From positions 1 through 64,000 of the forward strand of contig JANOAV010000044.1 in the NCBI GenBank assembly GCA_031411295.1: a DNA stretch of 64,000 nt, in the 5' to 3' direction. A program made the translations under genes and the position numbers. Each line of letters begins with the position of its first letter. The first letter of the stretch is position 1. The DNA is from Verrucomicrobiales bacterium. Its GTDB lineage: Bacteria > Verrucomicrobiota > Verrucomicrobiia > Verrucomicrobiales > V1-33. The notes beneath the pieces were generated by a model, which saw nothing but the letters and a program-made list of their open reading frames with translations, was not told where the DNA came from and did no database searches. This document shows positions 48,100-56,974 of the stretch, piece by piece.

Positions 48100-49599
48100 T
48101 CAGGGGTGGAGTTTACGCTGCCAAATCGCCTGCCAAGCGGCAAACTCAGACGGTCGAATCCGCAAGCGGGCGTAGTTTCCTTCGTGCAGTGCTAGCAGAT
48201 CATTTTCCGCCATTTCGGTCGCACGGGCACGGTCCACCGCGGCCACCTGATCCATCGCCCAGCGACGCACATGCTGCGCGGCCAATGCCTTGTCCATATG
48301 GCCCAGCACGATTTCCCGCACCACTTGCTTCAAGGCTTCGTGATACTGGAGTCCGACCGGATCCGGCTGGGTGGTGGTCTGACACACTGCGGCATATTTC
48401 GCTGCGGAAATGCGATAGGCTTTTGCGAATACCTCCCGCAGCAATTCAATCCGATTCAGCTCATAGACTGCAAGGATGGCATCCGTGTAGTCTCGCACAG
48501 GCACGCCAGTGAAAGAGATGGGAGCCAAGTTCTCACGAATCAAGGGCAAGTTAGCAGCCACCCGCGAAACCCGTTTGTTGACGTCATCGAACGCTTGCAG
48601 GTAGGGGAAATGAACCATGGCGAAGAACGCCTGCTCCAGCGGATCATTGATCGCTTGGGCCTTTTCCAATATTTCCATGAAGCATTCCTCGATCACCTGC
48701 GGCACCTCTAACGGATGGTAGGATGATCCGCCAATACCCACCGCAATTTTACGCAGCCGACCTTCCGCCATCTGATCGTGCATCAAGCCTCGGGCCAGCA
48801 TGGCATGGAGATTCAAAATGGTGTAGCGATTAAATCCCACATCATCCTGGGCCTCAATGAGGAACTCGATGGCTTCTTTGTGATTGAGAATCATCCGCGC
48901 TTCCAGATAGCGCGAAGGATCTGCCTCTCGCCCCATTTCGAGGAGTCGCTCTGTTTCCAGCAGTGAGTAGGTATTACCCTCCAAGCGACTGGAGTTCCAA
49001 GACAGATCTATCAGAACGCGTTGAAAAACGTTCTTCACGTAGGTCCCTGCCGGCAGCTGTGCCATCTGGTCTGACTGGCCAGCCAAGCGGAGTTCATCCC
49101 GCAGGGCTGCTGGCAGGTAATAGGTTACATTGGGTTGATACGAACGAAGAAATTCCCGTTGATAGCCTACGGGGGGCCGCTGATTCAACGGCCGTCGAAT
49201 CAAGGCGCGGAGGTGCTCGATTTCCTCTTCGTTTTCAGCCAGCACATCCCCGCCCGCTGTTTCACGGAGCACGCTGGTGAAATTTCCCCACTCAGCAGAT
49301 GGGCTACATGGGGGTATGCGCGGATTGTTGACTGGTGGTGCCGGCGTAATTCCCCCAAACTCTTGCCGTCCTTGCGAGGTTAGGTAATAGCGCGTGGCCC
49401 GCGCTTTCCCGACTCGTTCTAACCAGCCAGCTCGATGGAATTCATCGAGTCTCCGCAGGATTGTGGCCCGGGAAATTTTCACACCGCTGAGGCGGATGAG
49501 TTCCTCAATTCCCAACGTGACTTGGGCTTGGAGTAGTGCAGATATGATTCGATTCGATTCAATATCAAGATGATTTGACGGGATATTCTGTGTTTTCAT
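48100..49599 (-). CDS. Fic-family protein with N-terminal winged HTH
   Basis: SRATILRRL...LERVGKARATRY; SWNSSRLEGNTYS; HFPYLQAFDDVNKRVSR (variant Fic motif). Confidence 0.88.
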   Translation of the reverse strand: MKTQNIPSNHLDIESNRIISALLQAQVTLGIEELIRLSGVKISRATILRRLDEFHRAGWLERVGKARATRYYLTSQGRQEFGGITPAPPVNNPRIPPCSPSAEWGNFTSVLRETAGGDVLAENEEEIEHLRALIRRPLNQRPPVGYQREFLRSYQPNVTYYLPAALRDELRLAGQSDQMAQLPAGTYVKNVFQRVLIDLSWNSSRLEGNTYSLLETERLLEMGREADPSRYLEARMILNHKEAIEFLIEAQDDVGFNRYTILNLHAMLARGLMHDQMAEGRLRKIAVGIGGSSYHPLEVPQVIEECFMEILEKAQAINDPLEQAFFAMVHFPYLQAFDDVNKRVSRVAANLPLIRENLAPISFTGVPVRDYTDAILAVYELNRIELLREVFAKAYRISAAKYAAVCQTTTQPDPVGLQYHEALKQVVREIVLGHMDKALAAQHVRRWAMDQVAAVDRARATEMAENDLLALHEGNYARLRIRPSEFAAWQAIWQRKLHP

Positions 49600-49846
49600 T
49601 CCTCAATGTCTCACAGCTGATTTGATTTGCAACTTAATTCGCTCCGGAAAGCATTGTTATGACCGGATTTGACTCTATTAAGCCTTTCAGTTAAGGCGTT
49701 TTGTCGATTATTGCGTCACATCGCGTCATCACGGGGATGCCAGGATGGTTGCTGCGTTTTGGGTATTTGCAATTTGAGTGCGCCTGATGGATGAACTCTT
49801 TCGGTTTTCCATGTAAGAACTGGCCGCGGGATTCGTATCCTCGGCA

Positions 49847-50845
49847 ATGAAACGTTCGCTCCCTCGTCTTTTGCTCCGTTTATCGCTTTGTCTGCTGGTC
49901 CTGAGCGGCACTTTGCTGGCCTATGTAAGTCATCAGGGGGTGCAGGCGTTGTTGTATCCTGCTCGTCGAGGGCTGGATGATTACCATCGCAGTGTGGTGG
50001 CTCAGCCGAAGGATTTCGGGTTTGAGTTGACGTCATTATCCGTCGAGCGGCCGGGGGGCGTGACGATTGCCGCGCAATACCTCTCGCCACGCCCCGAAAT
50101 TCTTCCGCAGGTGCAGGCGGATTATCAGCGCCAACTTACCGCTGCGGGGATGGGTAACCTTCTCCAGTGGGTTCGGCCCCGGGGCACGCTGGTGTTGTTG
50201 CACGGGCGGAATTCCTGCAAGGAACACTGGTATCCTGCCGCCGAGCGTTTTGCCCGCATTGGTTTCAACATCATTCTACTGGACAATCGGGCTCATGGGC
50301 AGACTCAAGGCGGTTGCTGCACCTTCGGTTCTCAGGAAGCCGCAGACGTTAGTGCGGTGCTGGACGCGGTGGCCGCCCGCTGGGGGCTCCCAGCGGAGGT
50401 GGGTGTCATGGGCTACTCGCTGGGTGGTGCCGCAGCCGTTTCCCTGTTGCCGCACGAGCCACGCGTGAAGTGTGCGGTGCTGGTCAGCGTGTTTGCTGAT
50501 CTGGAGGAGATCATCGCAGGACCAGCTCGGGCTCGTTTTGGCAGTTGGAGCGGACTGGCGATGCCCTTTGTGCGGCTGGAAACGCGGTGGCGTGCCGGAT
50601 TTAGCATGAGTGAAATTTGCCCCTGCCACACCGCTGCGCAGATCACCGTGCCGTGCTTGCTGTTCCATGGCGCGCAGGATCAGTTTGTAAAGCCGGAGCA
50701 TAGTCAGCGGATCCTCGCTGCGCTGAGCAGCAAGCAGAAGCACCTAACGGAAATTCCAGATGCCGCCCACGCGGACGTCTTCATCAAGGGTGGCAACAAG
50801 CTCTATCTGGAAATCACGGCCTTTCTTAAGGAAACGCTCCTATAG
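49847..50845 (+). CDS. Membrane-anchored alpha/beta hydrolase
   Basis: LLHG, D.RAHG, GYSLGG, LFHGAQD, AAH. Confidence 0.88.
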   Translation: MKRSLPRLLLRLSLCLLVLSGTLLAYVSHQGVQALLYPARRGLDDYHRSVVAQPKDFGFELTSLSVERPGGVTIAAQYLSPRPEILPQVQADYQRQLTAAGMGNLLQWVRPRGTLVLLHGRNSCKEHWYPAAERFARIGFNIILLDNRAHGQTQGGCCTFGSQEAADVSAVLDAVAARWGLPAEVGVMGYSLGGAAAVSLLPHEPRVKCAVLVSVFADLEEIIAGPARARFGSWSGLAMPFVRLETRWRAGFSMSEICPCHTAAQITVPCLLFHGAQDQFVKPEHSQRILAALSSKQKHLTEIPDAAHADVFIKGGNKLYLEITAFLKETLL

Positions 50846-51104
50846 CCTTAGCTTGGGGCCTCGCAATCGTGCCTGTCGTTGACGGTAGGGAAACCCGTGG
50901 TCAGCCCAAATCACCACTTTGTGTAAATTTTTTCACTTTTTTACGAATAAAAACTATTGGGCAACGCTCTAATCAGTAGAGACGAGAGTCTCATCCAACT
51001 TAAACCAGCCGCCGCGGCTCATGCCGCGACCGGCCCGGAGCCAAGATACGAATCTTCCCCCCGAGATCGGTCACGCGCAGAGAGTCAAGGCAGCATCGCC
51101 AGCC

Positions 51105-52055
51105 ATGAATGATCTGCCAATGTATCAAAGATTCCCCACCCGGCCTCGCATTGGATTGGCTCTGTCCTGCGGAGGTGCTCGTGGTTTGGCTCATGTCGGA
51201 GTGATTCAGGTATTGGAGGAAAACGACATTCCGGTCGATGTCATTGCTGGCACCAGCATGGGAGCCTATGTCGGTTGCTTGTGGGCTGCCGGCTATGATG
51301 GGAAGGACCTACAGCGTTTTGCGGCCGAGATCGGCAGCCCGAAGGATCTTTGGCGGCGGTTGGATTTGGTGATTCCACCAGTGAAAGGATTGTTCCAAGG
51401 CAACGGCATTCGCGAGCGCTTGGAAGCGGCTTTGAAGGGGGCTACGTTTGATTGCCTACAGCGGGAACTTCATGTGGTGGCGGCCAATATCGACACCCTG
51501 GAACGCAAGGTTTTCTCCGCTGGCGATGTAGCCAGGGCGGTGCACGCCAGCTTCGCGATTCCCGGCATTTGTGTCCCGCTGGAAATAGATGGTTTCCGTT
51601 ATGTGGACGGTGGCATCGTGGATCCATTACCAGTGGGCATTCTCACTGGAGCGGGGTGCGATCTAACCATTGCTGTGAGTGTCGTCCCCTCTATTTCCGA
51701 TGTGCAAATGGCGGGCACGACGGTGGCGGAGGAGGCGCTGCCAAACATGCTGGTGCGCAGCCTCCGAGCGATTAATCGTTCGTTCAACGTCTTCGCCCAT
51801 GGCAACGTCATCGACACCCTCCGACGCTCCATTACCGCTGCGGAAATTCGCATGGCGCACACCTCCGCGCGACGCGCCTCCCTAGTGATTCGGCCTGCCG
51901 TCACCGGCTCAGCCTGGCATGATTACCATCGGTATCCGAACTACATCGAATTGGGGCGGCGGGCGGCGGAAGCCAGCCTCCCAGCCTTGTTTGAACTGCT
52001 TTCCAACTATCAACCGAAAGGAGATCGTCATGAAACTACACTCATCACCCACTGA
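51105..52055 (+). CDS. Patatin-like phospholipase
   Basis: LSCGGARGLAHVGV, GTSMG, DGG. Alternative start at 51021. Confidence 0.92.
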   Translation: MNDLPMYQRFPTRPRIGLALSCGGARGLAHVGVIQVLEENDIPVDVIAGTSMGAYVGCLWAAGYDGKDLQRFAAEIGSPKDLWRRLDLVIPPVKGLFQGNGIRERLEAALKGATFDCLQRELHVVAANIDTLERKVFSAGDVARAVHASFAIPGICVPLEIDGFRYVDGGIVDPLPVGILTGAGCDLTIAVSVVPSISDVQMAGTTVAEEALPNMLVRSLRAINRSFNVFAHGNVIDTLRRSITAAEIRMAHTSARRASLVIRPAVTGSAWHDYHRYPNYIELGRRAAEASLPALFELLSNYQPKGDRHETTLITH

Positions 52056-53514
52056 TTCATTCCCCGCTCTGGCGCAACATCAGGTCCACCAACTGCGGCA
52101 TTATTTGAAGACCCGTGTGCTGCCATTTTCCGCGCACTATGGAAAGCTCATTGCTGAGCATGGCCTGAATGCAGATGACCTGCGCACGGCGGAGGGTTTG
52201 GCGGAGATTCCCTTGACTTCGAAACTGGATTTGCTGGGCAATCCTCGTGAGTTCGTCCTCATCCCTGATCCGCAAATTCTGCGCCACCAACCCGCCACCC
52301 TCTGGCGCGCCCTAACGCATGGCAAAGCCTCCACGCTGGCCAGTTTCGAGCACGAATTCCGTCCGCTGCTGATGACCAGCACCACGGGACGCTCCAGTTC
52401 CCCAGTGCCATTTCTTTACACCGCCCATGATTTGGAAATTCTGACCATCGCAGGCCGCCGCATCATGGAAAATGGCGGCACGCAGATCGACTGGCGGCAT
52501 GCCAATTTGTTCCCCTTCGCCCCGCACCTGGCGTTCTGGCAGGCGCACTATTGCTCCATGGGCTTCGGGGCCTTCATGGTCGGCACCGGCGGTGGTAAGA
52601 GCATGGGCACGGAGGGCAACATCGCTCTGATTGACAAGGTGAAACCTGAAGTGCTCATCGGCATGCCAACGTTTCTCTATCACATTCTGACCCTCGCAGT
52701 GGCAGCTGATCATCATTGGCCACAGTTGCGAATTCTCGTGTTAGGCGGAGAGAAAGTTCCGCCTGGCATGAGGCGCAAACTGCGGGGACTCTGCGCGGAA
52801 TTAGGAGCCGGGAAAGTTTCCGTCGTGGTCACCTATGCCTTCACGGAAGCCAAGATGGCGTGGATCGAATGTCCTACCCCCGAAGGTGCAACACCCGCTG
52901 GCTATCATCTGTCCCCTGATCTCGGAATCATGGAAATCATCGATCCCATGACCGGTGAGAAACAAGGACTCAATCAGCCGGGAGAGATCGTTTACACGCC
53001 GCTGGATGCGCGTGGCACCGTCGTCATTCGCTATCGCACCGGGGATCGCACGGACGGCGGATTGGCCTACGGAAAATGCCCGCACTGTGGTCGCGTGAGT
53101 TTGCGACTAACCGGAAACATTTCTCGCGTCAGCGAAATCCGTTCACTGCGGATGGATAAACTCAAGGGCACGCTGGTGGACTTCAATGCCTTGGAGCATG
53201 TGCTCGATGACATTGATGGCATTGGGGCCTGGCAGATTGAATTGCGCAAAGCCAATGACGATCCCTACGAGCAGGACCAAGTCATCGTCCACGCTTCCGC
53301 CAGTCCCCAGGCGCAACGCACGGGCTTGGAGCATGAAATTTTAACCCGCTTCCTCACCACCGCCGAACTTCGGCCGAACCGCATCGAATGGCACAGCAAT
53401 GATACCATGAGCGAGCTTCAAGGCGTTGGTCGTGCGCTGAAGGAAGAGAAACTCGTCGATCACCGACCTGCCGTATCCAGTCCTCGGCCAGAGATCCTAA
53501 CACCCCATTCCTAG
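52030..53514 (+). CDS. Phenylacetate-CoA ligase (PaaK)-like adenylate-forming enzyme
   Basis: IPLTSK.DL, STTGRSSSP P-loop variant, YAFTE, EIIDP.TGE, GEIVYT, RYRTGD. Confidence 0.82.
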   Translation: MKLHSSPTDSFPALAQHQVHQLRHYLKTRVLPFSAHYGKLIAEHGLNADDLRTAEGLAEIPLTSKLDLLGNPREFVLIPDPQILRHQPATLWRALTHGKASTLASFEHEFRPLLMTSTTGRSSSPVPFLYTAHDLEILTIAGRRIMENGGTQIDWRHANLFPFAPHLAFWQAHYCSMGFGAFMVGTGGGKSMGTEGNIALIDKVKPEVLIGMPTFLYHILTLAVAADHHWPQLRILVLGGEKVPPGMRRKLRGLCAELGAGKVSVVVTYAFTEAKMAWIECPTPEGATPAGYHLSPDLGIMEIIDPMTGEKQGLNQPGEIVYTPLDARGTVVIRYRTGDRTDGGLAYGKCPHCGRVSLRLTGNISRVSEIRSLRMDKLKGTLVDFNALEHVLDDIDGIGAWQIELRKANDDPYEQDQVIVHASASPQAQRTGLEHEILTRFLTTAELRPNRIEWHSNDTMSELQGVGRALKEEKLVDHRPAVSSPRPEILTPHS

Positions 53515-53541
53515 TTCATTTCACTTCACCCCTAATTAATC

Positions 53542-54753
53542 ATGAAAACCGCAGTCATCGTCGATGGACTCCGCACTCCCTTCTGCAAGGCCGGCAGCGC
53601 CTATGCGGGACTGAGTGCGGCTGATCTTGGCCGTCAGGTCACAGTCGCTTTACTCGCCCGCACCGGCTTGGATCCGGCCATGATTGACCATGTCATCTTC
53701 GGATGCGTCAGCCAGCCTGCCGATACCGCTAACATCGCCCGTATTATCGCGCTGCGCAGTGGTATCCCGGAGCACGTTCCAGCGCTCACCGTGCATCGCA
53801 ATTGCGCGTCCGGCATGGAAGCCGTGACCACCGCCGTGGAAAAACTCGCGGCCGGACAGGGCGAAATTTTCCTGATTGGCGGAACGGAAAGCATGAGTCA
53901 TCTGCCGCTCCTGTATAACGCCAGCAGCACTGCGAAATTTAGTAAACTCGCGCGCGCCAAATCGCGCAGCAATCGGCTGCGGGCACTGGCGGGATTTCGT
54001 CCAAGCGATTTCTCGCCCATCCCTGCCCTGAAGCTAGGCCTGACAGATCCAGTCGCTGGGCTGAACATGGGGGAAACGGCCGAGATCCTCGCACGCGAAT
54101 TTTCCCTCACACGACACGATCAGGATGCCTACGCCATGCGCTCCCATCACCGCGCCAGTGCGGCCGTCGCCCAACTAGCTGCGGAGATCACGCCAGTCTT
54201 CGTGAACGGCCAAGCCATTACAGCCGATAACGGCATCCGGCCAGATTCAAGCATGGAAGCCCTCGCGAAGCTTTCTCCCGTCTTCACGAAAGATTGTGGC
54301 ACGGTCACGGCGGGCAACTCCTCCCAGATCAGCGATGGTGCTGTCGCGCTGTTAGTTATGAGTGAAGATCGCGCCAACGCCTTGGGATTGGAACCGCTGG
54401 GCCGCATCGAACGCTACGCCTATGCTGGTTGCGATCCCCGCCGCATGGGCCTCGGCCCCGTTCATGCCATCGCCAAAGCGGGGCGCTTACTAGCGGATGC
54501 GGAAGTCATCGAAATCAACGAGGCCTTTGCCGCGCAAACGTTGGCCGTCGTGAAGGCTCTCGGTGGGCTGCCGGAGGAAATTTACAATCCCAACGGCGGA
54601 GCCATCGCGCTGGGGCATCCGGTCGGTGCCAGTGGGGCCCGCCTCATTCTCACTTGTCTCCATGAACTCAAACGCCGTCAAGCTCACACCGGACTCGCCA
54701 CGCTGTGCGTGGGCGGAGGTCAGGGTGGGGCCGTGTGGCTCGAAAGGAACTAA
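53542..54753 (+). CDS. fadA: Acetyl-CoA C-acyltransferase (thiolase, FadA/FadI-like)
   Basis: RTPF, NCASG, GNSSQISDGA, EINEAFA, GHPVGASG, LCVGGGQG. Confidence 0.93.
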   Translation: MKTAVIVDGLRTPFCKAGSAYAGLSAADLGRQVTVALLARTGLDPAMIDHVIFGCVSQPADTANIARIIALRSGIPEHVPALTVHRNCASGMEAVTTAVEKLAAGQGEIFLIGGTESMSHLPLLYNASSTAKFSKLARAKSRSNRLRALAGFRPSDFSPIPALKLGLTDPVAGLNMGETAEILAREFSLTRHDQDAYAMRSHHRASAAVAQLAAEITPVFVNGQAITADNGIRPDSSMEALAKLSPVFTKDCGTVTAGNSSQISDGAVALLVMSEDRANALGLEPLGRIERYAYAGCDPRRMGLGPVHAIAKAGRLLADAEVIEINEAFAAQTLAVVKALGGLPEEIYNPNGGAIALGHPVGASGARLILTCLHELKRRQAHTGLATLCVGGGQGGAVWLERN

Positions 54754-54757
54754 CCCT

Positions 54758-56974
54758 ATGAAAACAACCCTAACTACTGCTTCCGTGATCACGCCCGATG
54801 CCTTGCAACGTTTGGTGGATGATCAAGGAATCTGCCATCTCATCTTCGACACGCCCGGCAGTGTCGCCAATATTTTCACCCGGGAAACCATGGCCCAACT
54901 GGAAAGCCATCTCCGCTGGGTGGCGCAACAGCAGGATCTCAAAGGACTGCTGCTGCGCAGTGCCAAGCCTAAGATCTTCATTGCGGGAGCGGACCTCAAC
55001 ACCATGCTGGCCAGCTCGCCAGAGTCGTTAGGTGAACTGATCACCACAGGGCAACGGGTGTTCTCACTGCTGGCCAATCTTTCCCTGCCCAAAGCCGCCG
55101 CCATTCACGGAGCCTGCCTCGGAGGCGGCTTCGAGCTGGCCTTGGCGTGTGATTACCGCATCGCCAGCGATGACCCAGCCACCCGCATCGGCCTGCCGGA
55201 AACCCAACTGGGCCTAGTGCCGGCATGGGGCGGATGCACGCGCCTGCCCCGCCTCATCGGAGTGCGTGGGGCTTGCCAGGTCATTCTTAAAGGGACCGCT
55301 TTCACGGCCTTTATGGCGCAGAAGCATGGTTTGATTGATGCCGTGGTGCCCGCCCATTGCTTGCTGCAACGCGCCATCCAATGGCTGTTGCATCCGGTTA
55401 GTGCAAATCGCCACGGCACCATGGATCGTTTTGTGGCCCCGGTGATTCGCAGTCTTACCCGAGGCCATTTACAACGCAGCACGCATGGAAATTATCCCGC
55501 CCTGCCCGCTGCGCTGGATCTCATCAGCAAGGCCCCGTGGCGCTCCGTCGAAGCATCCCTGGCCGCAGAGCGCAAGACCTTTGAGACCCTGATGGCCTTG
55601 CCTGGCAGTCGTAATTTGATCCGCCTGTTCTTCGCCAGAGAACGCGCCAAGAAGTTGCGCGTGCCTGGGGTGGCGCGGAAAATTCAGCACGTGGCCATCT
55701 TGGGCGCTGGGGTCATGGGATGCGGCATTGCTTACTGGCTCAGCTCGCGCGGCTTGTCCGTGCAACTCACAGACATCAATGCCGCCGCGCTGGCCAAAGC
55801 GGAAGCCCGCCTGCGCCAATCCTGCACCGAAGCGGTCAGTCGTCATTTACGGACCCGCACTGAAGCGCAGGCGGTGATGGATCGCATCGTGCTCGCGACC
55901 AATGAGGTTTCCTTTAAAAAGGTGGACCTTATCATCGAAGCCGCCGTGGAAGATCCCGCCATCAAACGCGCTCTCTTTACCAGCCTGAGACCACACCTAA
56001 GCCCCACCGCATTGATCGCGACCAACACATCTGCGATCCCACTGGGAGGCTTGTGGGACAGCACTCAGGCCGTGGAGGGCGACGTTAGGAGACCCGCGCC
56101 ACGCCAAGCTGATTCTCCTGTGCCTGATTCCGGTCTCGTGACCTCGCCCTCCACGGAGCGAGCCCTCAAACCAATTGCAGGGATCGCCAACTTCCTTGGA
56201 CTGCATTTCTTCAATCCAGTTCACGCCATGCCGCTGGTGGAAATTGTCCGCCCCCCTCACACCAGCGACGATGCCGTCGCCACCGCCGTGGAGTTTGTGA
56301 AAGCGATCGGGAAATTGCCAATCGTCGTAAAAGATAGTCCCGGATTCCTCGTCAATCGCGTGCTCATGCCCTGCCTGCTGGAAGCCGCCCGCATGGTGGA
56401 AAACGGTGCCAGCATCGCCAGCGTGGACAGTGGCATGCTGACCTTTGGCATGCCCATGGGGCCGCTGCGCTTGCTGGATGAAGTGGGCTTGGATGTCGCC
56501 CTGCATGTGGTGAAAACTCTGGCCGCAGCCTTTCCCCATACTGCCAACGTGCCCGCTTGGATCGAGCAACGCGTGCAATCGGGGGCGCTTGGTCGCAAGA
56601 GTGGTCATGGATACTATTTATATAGTGAAGGCAAGGAACCGGTGCCCGCTGATCATGCCAAAATTCGCCCGCGCGATATTACGGAAGCGCAACGTCGTTT
56701 ACCCTTGCTCCTTACAAATGAAGCCGCGCGTTGTCTCGACGAAGGGATTGCCGCCACCGCTGAGGACATTGATCTCGGCATGGTGTTAGGCACGGGCTAC
56801 GCTCCATTTCGCGGAGGCCCGCTGCGTCATGCTGATGCGCTGGGCCTGGAAACTACGCTGCGCTCCCTGCAAGCCTTGGAGGCTGAATCTGGATCGCTCT
56901 ACACTCCGGCCCACGGTCTGGTGACCCGGGCCCTGAACCACCTCACCTATTACCCAGAGGACCCCACAAAATGA
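54758..56974 (+). CDS. fadJ: Enoyl-CoA hydratase / 3-hydroxyacyl-CoA dehydrogenase (FadJ/FadB-like)
   Basis: FIAGADL, CLGGGFELALAC, GLPETQLG, GNYPA, GAGVMG, IEAAVE, TNTS, GLHFFNP, PGFLVNR. Confidence 0.92.
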   Translation: MKTTLTTASVITPDALQRLVDDQGICHLIFDTPGSVANIFTRETMAQLESHLRWVAQQQDLKGLLLRSAKPKIFIAGADLNTMLASSPESLGELITTGQRVFSLLANLSLPKAAAIHGACLGGGFELALACDYRIASDDPATRIGLPETQLGLVPAWGGCTRLPRLIGVRGACQVILKGTAFTAFMAQKHGLIDAVVPAHCLLQRAIQWLLHPVSANRHGTMDRFVAPVIRSLTRGHLQRSTHGNYPALPAALDLISKAPWRSVEASLAAERKTFETLMALPGSRNLIRLFFARERAKKLRVPGVARKIQHVAILGAGVMGCGIAYWLSSRGLSVQLTDINAAALAKAEARLRQSCTEAVSRHLRTRTEAQAVMDRIVLATNEVSFKKVDLIIEAAVEDPAIKRALFTSLRPHLSPTALIATNTSAIPLGGLWDSTQAVEGDVRRPAPRQADSPVPDSGLVTSPSTERALKPIAGIANFLGLHFFNPVHAMPLVEIVRPPHTSDDAVATAVEFVKAIGKLPIVVKDSPGFLVNRVLMPCLLEAARMVENGASIASVDSGMLTFGMPMGPLRLLDEVGLDVALHVVKTLAAAFPHTANVPAWIEQRVQSGALGRKSGHGYYLYSEGKEPVPADHAKIRPRDITEAQRRLPLLLTNEAARCLDEGIAATAEDIDLGMVLGTGYAPFRGGPLRHADALGLETTLRSLQALEAESGSLYTPAHGLVTRALNHLTYYPEDPTK
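56070..56156. repeat. 87-bp REP inverted pair inserted in frame within fadJ
   Basis: ccgtggagggcga...ggagacc / ggtctc...tcgccctccacgg; translates VEGDVRR...LVTSPST. Confidence 0.8.
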
